NCBI GenBank assembly: GCA_964610875.1
Contig: CAZSWP010000003.1
Coordinates: forward strand, 88,504-152,503
Length of the DNA: 64,000 bases
Reading direction: 5' to 3'
Source: an uncultured archaeon
GTDB lineage: Archaea > Asgardarchaeota > Thorarchaeia > Thorarchaeales > Thorarchaeaceae
Made by a program: the position numbers and the translations under genes. Below, one piece after another: positions 18,375 through 27,063 of the stretch. The notes below the pieces were generated by a model, which saw only the letters and a list, made by a program, of their open reading frames with translations, searched no databases and had not been told where the DNA came from. Every line of letters starts with the position of its first letter. Within the stretch, counting starts at the first letter, position 1.

Positions 18375-19202
18375 TCAAATAGATTCCAGCTCTATGTCAA
18401 AAACAAAATGGATAATATTGGGCGAATAGTATTTTATTTTACGTATTTCAATACTAGCAGTGAAATTATATTTCCCAGAAATAGTATTAATTGTATTACA
18501 AACATTATGGATTGAATCTGGATGTGATGCAAGATGCATATGTATGGCACCTCCTCTCTTGGAAAGTGTTTCAAGGGCGTAGGGCAGAAACTCTGTAGTG
18601 CTATGCAAGTAACCCATCACAATCCTATCTGCTATACCAATAGGATGTACCTTCCTACAGTCTCCCAAAATTGCTTCCATTCTATCAGTTACATTATTGA
18701 GTTGAATGTTTTCCTGTAAATAAGAGTGTGCTAAAGGACTGATTTCAATAGCTATCACTTTTGCTCCACTCCTACTAGCTATATGCAACCCGAATTGTCC
18801 TACACATGCAAACATATCCACAACGGTTTCTGAGGGATCGACCAAGTCCGGCAAACGAATTCGCTCTGCACGATTACCTCCAGAAAAAGTAATCTTCAAT
18901 GGGTCAAGTTTGAACTTTACTCCACTTTCAATGTGTGTGGTGACAGTGTTAGAATCTCCTGCAAACAACTTGTATTGTGGTTCTCTGATCTCTCCTTTTG
19001 TGCCTCCAACCTTAATAGCAATAGACTTTGCCTTTTTCTCATACTGCAGCGTAAGCTCTGCAATCATTTTGGATAGAACAGCAACCTCATTTTTTATCTG
19101 TAGTAGGACGACATGTCCTACAACGTGGTAACCTTGTGGTAAGCTAGACTCTGATGTAACATATTCTCTGAGTTCTGTTTTGAGGAAATTCCTATATTTC
19201 AT
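18375..19202 (-). CDS. Trm5/Taw2 (Met-10) family SAM-dependent tRNA-modifying enzyme
   Basis: HIESGVKFKLD, FSGGN..ER, VVDMFACVGQF, ADRIVMGY. Confidence 0.85.
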   Translation of the reverse strand: MKYRNFLKTELREYVTSESSLPQGYHVVGHVVLLQIKNEVAVLSKMIAELTLQYEKKAKSIAIKVGGTKGEIREPQYKLFAGDSNTVTTHIESGVKFKLDPLKITFSGGNRAERIRLPDLVDPSETVVDMFACVGQFGLHIASRSGAKVIAIEISPLAHSYLQENIQLNNVTDRMEAILGDCRKVHPIGIADRIVMGYLHSTTEFLPYALETLSKRGGAIHMHLASHPDSIHNVCNTINTISGKYNFTASIEIRKIKYYSPNIIHFVFDIELESI

Positions 19203-19224
19203 TGTAATTCATGTATTACAATTT

Positions 19225-20499
19225 TTAGCAGTATATACCTGCAGGAGCATCTTGTCCGCCTTTTCCACGAACTTGCATCTTTATAATGGCTTTCTGGAAA
19301 TCATCATGTGTTACGCAGGTTCGTCCATCACGGATTGCAAACATACCTGCTTCCGTACACATTGCTTTGATATCCGCTCCAGTCTTGTTCTGAGTGAGAA
19401 GAACAATTTGATCAATATCTAATTCCTTGTCAATATTCATACCACGTATGTGAATCTTGATTATCTCTTTCCTGCTTACTTGATCTGGCATTGGAAAGTC
19501 AATTATTCTATCAAAACGACCCGGTCTCAAAAGGGCTGGATCAAGGATATCAGGTCGGTTCGTTGCTCCAATAATGGCAACTTGACCTCTTGTTTCGAAC
19601 CCATCAAGCTCGCTAAGAAGTTGCATTAATGTACGTTGTACTTCTCTATCTCCAGATGTAGCAATATCAAGTCTGTGTGAACCAACAGCATCAAGTTCGT
19701 CAATAAACACAATGGCAGGAGATTTCTCTTTTGCAAGCATGAATATCTCTCTTACCAACCTGGCACCTTCACCGATGAATTTCTGGACAAGCTCGGATCC
19801 AATGACTCTTATGAAAGTGGCATTGGTTTCATGTGCGACGGCTCTAGCGCTGAGTGTTTTACCTGTTCCAGGAAGTCCAGTAAGCAATACTCCTTTTGGA
19901 GGTTCTATGCCCACTTCCTTAAACAGGTCGGGCTTTATTAATGGCAATTCAACAGTTTCCCTAATCTCTCGTAATTGATCTTCCAAGCCTCCAATATCGC
20001 TATAGGATACTTCTGGAGCTTCTTCAATCTCCATAGCTCTAATCATTGGGTCACGAGATGGTGGGAGTTCTTGAGTCACAGCAAAAGACCTCTGATTGAG
20101 TGCAACACGCATACCTGGCTGAATCCGATTTCTGGGAATAGATGATGCCACATGGACTACAAAATTTGGTCCAGTTGAACTCTTGACAATGGCGCGTCCA
20201 TCCTCAAGCATCTCTACAATAGTTGCTGTTATCAAAGGAGAAGAACGTAGTTTCTCGAGTTCCGTTCGTAAAGTCTGTGTTTCCTTTTCCAATCTACTAC
20301 GCTCTGCATGAAGAATTTGTTTTTCGGTTTCCAATGCTCGAAGTCGACGTTCAAGATGTCTTGTATAACTCTGTGAATAAGTTGAGTCATCAACGTTACC
20401 ATCTTTCTTTGCATCAGTAGTTCCAGGCAAAAAGGTGCACCTCAGCTCCTCATCCTCTGCTAAGGTTTTAAGCATATCCGTATTGGTGTTTTTCATCAT
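19225..20499 (-). CDS. pan: Proteasome-activating nucleotidase
   Basis: Coiled coil plus OB fold; [37 protein letters not shown]; C-terminal HbYX (IYC). Confidence 0.96.
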   Translation of the reverse strand: MMKNTNTDMLKTLAEDEELRCTFLPGTTDAKKDGNVDDSTYSQSYTRHLERRLRALETEKQILHAERSRLEKETQTLRTELEKLRSSPLITATIVEMLEDGRAIVKSSTGPNFVVHVASSIPRNRIQPGMRVALNQRSFAVTQELPPSRDPMIRAMEIEEAPEVSYSDIGGLEDQLREIRETVELPLIKPDLFKEVGIEPPKGVLLTGLPGTGKTLSARAVAHETNATFIRVIGSELVQKFIGEGARLVREIFMLAKEKSPAIVFIDELDAVGSHRLDIATSGDREVQRTLMQLLSELDGFETRGQVAIIGATNRPDILDPALLRPGRFDRIIDFPMPDQVSRKEIIKIHIRGMNIDKELDIDQIVLLTQNKTGADIKAMCTEAGMFAIRDGRTCVTHDDFQKAIIKMQVRGKGGQDAPAGIYC

Positions 20500-20555
20500 T
20501 CAGGTCAAGCTTTATCTATGCTCTATCTTGAGAGTAATTAGAGAGGGAAGAACCC

Positions 20556-21137
20556 GTGCGCAACTGTGAACTATGTGGTCGAAGCATGAAAGGCCGCGGT
20601 AGAAACGTTGAGATAGAAGGTGCCATGATGAATGTCTGCCCTCAATGTGCTACCAAGTTTGGAAGACAGTCTTCTGACCATGACTCCAAAACCACCTCAT
20701 CAACAAGACGAACAAAACCATCATGGGTAGGACGACCCGATGTGCAGACAACTAGGCCCTCCACAACATCCTCTCCAGTCGTACACCGGAAAAAACCCCA
20801 AAAATCACGTCCAAGAGGTGGTCCTTTGATAGACGACCTTGAACTAGTTGATAATTATGCTTCAATCATTCGCAATGCAAGACAGAAAAAGGGGATGAAT
20901 CAGGAGGAGCTAGCTCAGAAAATAGGTGAACGTATTACTACTCTTCAGTCCATTGAGGCAGGGCGATTGAAGCCTACACGGAAGGCAATTCGTGGACTGG
21001 AACGTGAGTTAGACGTCTCTCTTCTTGAAGCGGTTGGTACACCTCCACTGAAAGTGAGTAAGGGCAGAAGCTCTGGTGGACCTACTTTAGGTGATGTTGT
21101 AAAGGTAAAAAGGAAGAAATCACAAAAACAAGACTAA
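20556..21137 (+). CDS. mbf1: Archaeal multiprotein bridging factor 1 (zinc ribbon + HTH)
   Basis: CELCG..VCPQC..FG; IRNARQKKGMNQEELA; TLGDVV. Confidence 0.92.
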   Translation: MRNCELCGRSMKGRGRNVEIEGAMMNVCPQCATKFGRQSSDHDSKTTSSTRRTKPSWVGRPDVQTTRPSTTSSPVVHRKKPQKSRPRGGPLIDDLELVDNYASIIRNARQKKGMNQEELAQKIGERITTLQSIEAGRLKPTRKAIRGLERELDVSLLEAVGTPPLKVSKGRSSGGPTLGDVVKVKRKKSQKQD

Positions 21138-21300
21138 GCTCTTATTCCGCGCAGCTTAACTAACCACAGAACAGCTCTTAAATAGTATATGAACATATAT
21201 TATTATAGGTGCAAATTTCTCCCAAGTTTGGAACTTCTAATGGTCCAACAGATACAGTAGACTATCCGACTTATGATATTACCAAGGTGATTACATCAAA

Positions 21301-21831
21301 ATGGCACATCCGACTTTCAACAGTGACTTATTCAGATTAGTAGTAGAAGAAATAGCAGGAAAAGAAGGAGTAGATGTTGCTACAGTCTTGGTAAATGCAG
21401 ATGAAACAACCGATGAAGAGATTGCTACTAAAACTGATTTGAAATTGAATGTAGTTCGTCGTATTCTTTACAAATTACATGATAATCATCTTGCCTCATA
21501 TCGTCGAATACGTGATACAAACACTGGATGGTTTCTTTATTATTGGAAGATTGACCCAAAGAAAGCACAAACCTTAGTGAACAGGAAAAAAAGAATGGTT
21601 CTCAACCTTCTTCAACAAAGACTGGAACATGAGAGTAACAATGATTTGTATGCTTGTGTAAATCGGGATTCCTCACCTGTACCCTTCGAAGAAGCTATGA
21701 ACCTTTCATTCAGATGTCCTACATGTAATCAACCTCTTGAGTATGTTGATAACAAACAATCCGTTGATTTCCTTAAGAAGCGCGTTGAGGAATTAAAGGC
21801 TGACCTTGAGGCTACATCATCAACTACCTAG
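21301..21831 (+). CDS. tfe: Transcription initiation factor TFE (TFIIE-alpha)
   Basis: TDEEIA...LNVVRRILYKL, GWFLYYW, FEEAM...FRCPTC. Confidence 0.95.
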   Translation: MAHPTFNSDLFRLVVEEIAGKEGVDVATVLVNADETTDEEIATKTDLKLNVVRRILYKLHDNHLASYRRIRDTNTGWFLYYWKIDPKKAQTLVNRKKRMVLNLLQQRLEHESNNDLYACVNRDSSPVPFEEAMNLSFRCPTCNQPLEYVDNKQSVDFLKKRVEELKADLEATSSTT

Positions 21832-21882
21832 GAATCATATGAAGGAACTCTAAGCATTATACTGAGAGGAGATTATAATTAA

Positions 21883-22638
21883 TTGAAAGAAATTGTACTA
21901 ATGCCCAAAATTTACGGTCAATACCGTAATAGACTATCCAATCAGATAGAGTCAGATATTCACGAAATGGTGCGAGAATTAGATGCCAGAATAATGCGCT
22001 TCTCTCTTGACAATAGAGGTCATCCAAAACTCATTGTTGAAGGAAAGGACGAAGAATTTGTAATAAATGTATTACGAACTGAATTTGGTGAAGCACTAAC
22101 ATTTCATCAAGCACTTCCTAACACATCATATCATGGAAATTTAATTGATGTTGGAAAGGTAGGCTATGGTCTTTATATTGACATTGGAATTGTCGAACCT
22201 GAATTTTCAGATGCTTTAATCCCATTGCATAGACTTAGAGAACAACTCGATATGGAAGGCATGTCTACTCGAAAAATCGCAAAGAATCTAAATCTCGTTG
22301 ATTATCTTCCAGTAGAAGTAACCATCATAGAAACAGACTCATCTGACTCAAAAATAGAGGCTGAATTTAGTGATGTTCTGCTACAGAGGCTTGAGAACTG
22401 GATCAATGATGACCATGAACGACTTCTTGTGTTTGGCGCCAATCGAGAGATGATTGAAACTGCTTTAGGCATAACACATCATCTTGAAGACATTTATGAA
22501 TTCGAACAACTAGGGCATCTTGAGTTTGCACTGAGATGTAAAAGAAGTACACGTGCGTCAGGAATTCTTGCTGCTATAGGCCCAAAACTAAAGGGAGTTC
22601 CAATGCATCTCTTCATACCATCAGAAATAGAGAGATGA
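21883..22638 (+). CDS. DUF2110 family protein
   Basis: GKVGYGLYIDIG and GILAAIG motifs; conserved position downstream of tfe. Confidence 0.8.
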   Translation: MKEIVLMPKIYGQYRNRLSNQIESDIHEMVRELDARIMRFSLDNRGHPKLIVEGKDEEFVINVLRTEFGEALTFHQALPNTSYHGNLIDVGKVGYGLYIDIGIVEPEFSDALIPLHRLREQLDMEGMSTRKIAKNLNLVDYLPVEVTIIETDSSDSKIEAEFSDVLLQRLENWINDDHERLLVFGANREMIETALGITHHLEDIYEFEQLGHLEFALRCKRSTRASGILAAIGPKLKGVPMHLFIPSEIER

Positions 22639-23316
22639 ATGATGCCACGAATTGATGTTTGGCTTGTGGAACAGGGACTATTCAAATCAAGGCAGGCTGC
22701 AAAGAGAGCTATAAGGAATGGATACGTAAAAGTCAATGGGGTCATAGCAAAGCCGTCTACCAAAATTTCTGGAAACGAATCGGTTGAGGTTTCCGATGAT
22801 GCTAAAGATGTGCCACTTGGTTATACTAAACTAAGGCAGATAAATCATCATCTCCATAACAGACTTATCCAATCTGGAATGAGAGCACTAGATATTGGTA
22901 GTTCTGTAGGAGGTTTTCTCAAGTATCTACTAGAAAAAGATGTCATTGTAACAGGAATTGAAATTTCAGATGAATTCATACAAGAGTTAGAACATCTAGT
23001 AGAAGAATATGACACACTCTCATTGATTATAGATGATGCATTTCTCCTCGAGCCCTCAGAACTGTTTGAAAAAGAAGACTTTGATTTACTTCTCATTGAT
23101 GTAACAACAGATCCGGATGGCACAATCTCACTAGCAGAGAAATACTCCCTATTTGTGAAAAAAGGAGGGTACATGCTGCTGGCAATCAAATCACAAGAAG
23201 ATGACCTCGAAAGAAAAACGATTGATCATGTACTCCAAGAATTAGGGTTCTCTGAATTACAAGTAATACAACTTGATGACTCAAAGAAGGAAATACACAT
23301 AGTAGCTCTTCGCTAG
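22639..23316 (+). CDS. S4 domain + FtsJ-like RNA methyltransferase (TlyA-like)
   Basis: RIDVWLVEQGLFKSRQAAKRAI S4 domain; ALDIGSSVGGF SAM motif. Confidence 0.85.
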   Translation: MMPRIDVWLVEQGLFKSRQAAKRAIRNGYVKVNGVIAKPSTKISGNESVEVSDDAKDVPLGYTKLRQINHHLHNRLIQSGMRALDIGSSVGGFLKYLLEKDVIVTGIEISDEFIQELEHLVEEYDTLSLIIDDAFLLEPSELFEKEDFDLLLIDVTTDPDGTISLAEKYSLFVKKGGYMLLAIKSQEDDLERKTIDHVLQELGFSELQVIQLDDSKKEIHIVALR

Positions 23317-23355
23317 TAAGCAACTCTTTTATTGGGATTAGACTAGCGATGGATA

Positions 23356-23465
23356 GGGCCGCTAGTCTAGCCCGGCTATGATGTCTCGTTTACACCGAGA
23401 ATTCGCATGAGCATCATGCTCATCGACATCGAAGGTCGCTGGTTCAAATCCGGCGCGGCCCACCA
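23356..23465 (+). tRNA. tRNA-Val(UAC) with non-canonical ~32-nt intron in the variable region
   Basis: Acceptor GGGCCGC/GCGGCCC-ACCA; anticodon arm TCTCG-TT-TAC-AC-CGAGA; hairpin insert (ATGAGCAT-C-ATGCTCAT) before GGTC and the T-arm. Confidence 0.9.
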
Positions 23466-23531
23466 CTTTTTCAACCTTGGACAAATAACAAAGGTTGAAG
23501 AGTAAAAACGCCCGAAAAAAGTCATGCAAAT

Positions 23532-23653
23532 GCGGGAGTAGCCAAGCCCGGTCAAAGGCGGTGGACTTAAGATCGGATGAATTACGGGGTCATTACGTAT
23601 AGGACATCCACTCTCGTAGGAGTCCGTGGGTTCGAAGCCCACCTCCCGCACCA
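23532..23653 (+). tRNA. tRNA-Leu(UAA) with canonical-position intron
   Basis: GCGGGAG/CTCCCGC-ACCA; GTGGA-CT-TAA-G[intron]ATCCAC; long variable arm. Confidence 0.9.
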
Positions 23654-23709
23654 TCTTTTCTATTCAGATAGTCTTATTGGTAATCAGATGTTCCAACCAC
23701 AAGAGTACA

Positions 23710-25029
23710 ATGACCTATAAAGACCTCATTTTTCCAGATGGATTTCAGTGGGGTAGTGCAGCATCAGCCCATCAGACTGAAGGAGATAATCACAATAACT
23801 GGAGCGACTGGGAAAAGATTCCTGGCAAGATAAAGGATGATAGCGACTCCAGTATTGCATGTGATCATTACAACAGGTATCAGGAAGACTTCGAACTGGC
23901 AAAACAGCTTGGGCATCAAGTCCATCGTTTCTCCATCGAATGGAGTCGGATTGAACCAAAACAGGGTGAATGGAATCTAAAGGAGATTGACCATTACAAG
24001 TCCGTAATCAAATCATTAATAGATCTTGATATTCAACCAATGGTCACACTTCACCATTTCACAGAGCCCATTTGGTTCAGAAACATTGGTTCATGGCTGA
24101 ATCCTGAGTCTGCGGAAACATTTGCACCTTTTTGCCGAAAAGTTGCTGAAGCGTTTAATGAATTTGATATCATCTGGAATACCATAAACGAACCAATCAT
24201 TGTTGCATCTCTAGGATATCTCTTTGGAGATTTTCCTCCAGAAATCAAAGACTTTGGAAAGACCGTAGAAGTTGCAATGAATCTCCTCAAGGCACATGGT
24301 CAAGCGGCAACACAAATACGTGAAGTATACAGTGACTTAGGGAAGCTACAACCTCAGATTGCTCCTGTACTCAGTGTTTCATATTTCATGCCACATAATC
24401 CACAAAATGAAGATGACTTGGAACTGGTTGCATATCTTGATGATCTCTACAATCACAACTGGATCAGGGGTGCCATAAAGGGAATACTTCCAGAACCAAT
24501 GGGTGATGGTAGTAGATACAAGCCACTTGAAAAATCGGTAGATTTCATAGGTGTGAACTATTACAGTAGGATGGTAGTGTCCTCGGAGATGGATTTCACG
24601 TCAGGTGAGATGCCTCCTAAAGATCCCAATCTTGAGAGGTGTGAGGGTCTTGACTGGGAGGTCTATCCTGAAGGCTACTATCATGTTTTGAAATCTTACT
24701 GGGATTCATACAATAAACCTCTCTTTTTGACTGAGAATGGAATTGGAACTAGTGACGATACAGTCAAACAGCGATACTTGATTACACATCTTCAGCAGGT
24801 ACACAGAGCGATTGAGGAAGGTGCAGATATTCGAGGATATCTAGTATGGTCTCTGACTGATAACTTTGAATGGGCTGAAGGTTTCAGTAGTCATTTTGGA
24901 CTTGTTGAAGTAGACTATGAAACCTTAGAACGCACTCCACGAGAGAGTGCATTCATGTTTCGTGATATCATACAGAATAATGGTATAACCTCTGGACTCC
25001 AAAAGAAATACCTTGATTCGAAGCAATAA
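23710..25029 (+). CDS. Glycoside hydrolase family 1 (beta-glucosidase/galactosidase)
   Basis: FPDGFQWGSAASAHQTEG, TINEP acid/base, LTENG nucleophile, DNFEW. Confidence 0.95.
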   Translation: MTYKDLIFPDGFQWGSAASAHQTEGDNHNNWSDWEKIPGKIKDDSDSSIACDHYNRYQEDFELAKQLGHQVHRFSIEWSRIEPKQGEWNLKEIDHYKSVIKSLIDLDIQPMVTLHHFTEPIWFRNIGSWLNPESAETFAPFCRKVAEAFNEFDIIWNTINEPIIVASLGYLFGDFPPEIKDFGKTVEVAMNLLKAHGQAATQIREVYSDLGKLQPQIAPVLSVSYFMPHNPQNEDDLELVAYLDDLYNHNWIRGAIKGILPEPMGDGSRYKPLEKSVDFIGVNYYSRMVVSSEMDFTSGEMPPKDPNLERCEGLDWEVYPEGYYHVLKSYWDSYNKPLFLTENGIGTSDDTVKQRYLITHLQQVHRAIEEGADIRGYLVWSLTDNFEWAEGFSSHFGLVEVDYETLERTPRESAFMFRDIIQNNGITSGLQKKYLDSKQ

Positions 25030-25081
25030 TGATGTTCAAATAGAAACATCTAAAGCAACAACTGAGGCGGCATAGTCTACA

Positions 25082-25645
25082 ATGCCTTTTCAGACTTTTA
25101 TTATCTCAGCATGTCTTATCTTAATTATGGAATTAGGTGATAAGACCATGTTGACAGCAATGTGTCTTAGTGCACAGTACCGAAGGTCTGGTATTGTTCT
25201 TCTCGCAACGATGCTTGCATTGACATTCTCAACTATAATTGCGATAGTCATAGCATGGATTCTTTCTGCAACACTACCTGTCGAAATTATAATCTACATC
25301 TCTGGATTTCTATTCATATTGCTTGGTATTCACTCGCTAGTCAAAAGTAATTCCGAAGAGGTAGACAACTGTGAAAATCCAGGGACATTCCTAAGTATGT
25401 TCTCACTGGTATTATTCTCAGAATTAGGCGATAAGAGTCAGCTAGCAACCTTAGCTCTTGCTGCACAATCACTGTATCCCCTGATGGTATTTGTTGGTGC
25501 TATTTTGGGATTTCTAATTGTGAACCTGCTAGGCGTTGTAGTGGGTAAGAAAACATCATCTAGAATTTCAATCAAGACTGTGAAGAAGGTAGCTGGTCTG
25601 GTCTTCATAGTGTTTGGTATTCTCATTATCTTTGGTTTTCTCTAG
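25082..25645 (+). CDS. TMEM165/GDT1 family Ca2+/Mn2+ transporter
   Basis: Two ELGDK(T/S) motifs; about 6 TM helices. Confidence 0.92.
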   Translation: MPFQTFIISACLILIMELGDKTMLTAMCLSAQYRRSGIVLLATMLALTFSTIIAIVIAWILSATLPVEIIIYISGFLFILLGIHSLVKSNSEEVDNCENPGTFLSMFSLVLFSELGDKSQLATLALAAQSLYPLMVFVGAILGFLIVNLLGVVVGKKTSSRISIKTVKKVAGLVFIVFGILIIFGFL

Positions 25646-25709
25646 TAAGACGAAGCCTTTATGACTCGCCTAAGAGGGAATCATTCGTAGCATTGAGGTG
25701 TGATATATA

Positions 25710-27062
25710 GTGAGTCTGGACGAGTCAGGATATACTGGATCTGTATTACAATTAATAGCATCAGCCAATGCAAAAGTTGGCGACCAAGTCAAAATATCAC
25801 ACGATGATTCTGAGTTCATTGGAATCCTTATGCCACGCAGCCAAGTTGGTTCTGACCCTAATCATATTGTTATCAAACTTGAGAGCGGATATAATATCGG
25901 CATCAGATTGTCTGAAAACACTACACTTGAGAAAATCAAGACACCTCGTAGACCGAAACGAAAGGATATTGAAACAACAACTCTAACTACGAAGGGGTTG
26001 CCTAAAGTCTCAGTATTGAGTACCGGTGGAACAATTGCAAGTAGAGTTGATTATCGTACTGGTGCCGTGAATCCCGCTCTAACAGCACAAGATTTCTATG
26101 ATTCCATTCCTGAATTACAGGAACATGCAAACATAACAGCAAAGATAATGATGAGTGTTCTCTCTGAGAATGTCCATCCCAGTGATTGGGAAAAAATAGC
26201 GCGTAGTGTTGCATCTCAAATACGCAATAGTGCAGATGGCGTTGTTGTTGCTCATGGTACTGATACTCTTGCTTTCACTGCAACCGCTCTTGCATTTGCA
26301 CTACAAGATTTACCAGTACCAGTGGCACTTGTTGGTTCACAAAGGTCTTCTGATAGGCCATCATCCGATGCATCCTTGAATCTAATTGGTGCTATAGACT
26401 TAGTAGGACGGGTTCATGCGGCAGAAGTAATGGTTGTGATGCATGGAGTACCAGATGACAGCTTTCTCTATGCTCACAGAGCTGCACGGTCTCGTAAACT
26501 ACATACTAGCAGAAGGGATGCCTTTCAATCAGTCAATGCACTCCCTCTATTCAAGATTGATAATGGAGAATCGTTCGAACTCAATGTGCCTCTACGGCGA
26601 CGTGACAAGGATAGAAAACTCAAATTAAAAGCAAAATTTGATGATAGAGTTGCTCTAGTAAAGACACATCCTGGAATTCATGACTCTTTTATTACCAGTC
26701 TGATCGATAGTGACTACAAAGGTATAATCATAGAGGGCACAGGACTTGGTCATATTCCTGAGTGCATCTATCCTGGAATTCGCAAAGCAATTGCGGAAGA
26801 CATCATTGTTGCAATGACAAGCCAGTGCATAAACGGACGAGTGGATATGAATGTCTATCGCACAGGAGTAGAGCTCCTTGAGATGGGAGTGATATCCTGT
26901 GAGGATATGTTGTCTGAGGTCGCTCTGGTAAAACTAATGTGGCTTTTAGCAAATCAGAAGGATTCGGATAAGATTCGAGTTCAGATGGTTCAATCTCTGG
27001 TAGGCGAGATAGATATGCGAAGTGAACTCTCTGAATATACTGGAAACTCGGAGTTGATGTAG
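25710..27062 (+). CDS. gatD: Glu-tRNA(Gln) amidotransferase subunit D
   Basis: KLESGYNIG, TGGTIASRVDY, HGTDT, SQRSSDRPSSD. Confidence 0.96.
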   Translation: MSLDESGYTGSVLQLIASANAKVGDQVKISHDDSEFIGILMPRSQVGSDPNHIVIKLESGYNIGIRLSENTTLEKIKTPRRPKRKDIETTTLTTKGLPKVSVLSTGGTIASRVDYRTGAVNPALTAQDFYDSIPELQEHANITAKIMMSVLSENVHPSDWEKIARSVASQIRNSADGVVVAHGTDTLAFTATALAFALQDLPVPVALVGSQRSSDRPSSDASLNLIGAIDLVGRVHAAEVMVVMHGVPDDSFLYAHRAARSRKLHTSRRDAFQSVNALPLFKIDNGESFELNVPLRRRDKDRKLKLKAKFDDRVALVKTHPGIHDSFITSLIDSDYKGIIIEGTGLGHIPECIYPGIRKAIAEDIIVAMTSQCINGRVDMNVYRTGVELLEMGVISCEDMLSEVALVKLMWLLANQKDSDKIRVQMVQSLVGEIDMRSELSEYTGNSELM

Positions 27063-27063
27063 C

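Larger units (their letters stand above)
5205..19220. repeat. Dispersed cluster of palindromic GTAWTAC boxes, mostly 9-bp-period tandem pairs or triplets (candidate centromere-like sites)
   Basis: At least 23 exact GTAATAC/GTATTAC heptads counted by eye in 14 kb, versus about 8 in the other 50 kb. Confidence 0.85.

Noticed and set aside
5205-19220. GTAWTAC arrays as a CRISPR array or simple transcription-factor operators
   Set aside because: There is no repeat-spacer periodicity, and many sites are in coding regions or between convergent gene ends.
23376-23654. ORFs overlapping tRNA genes (also 29052-29282 and 32592-32849)
   Set aside because: These are shadows of tRNA genes.
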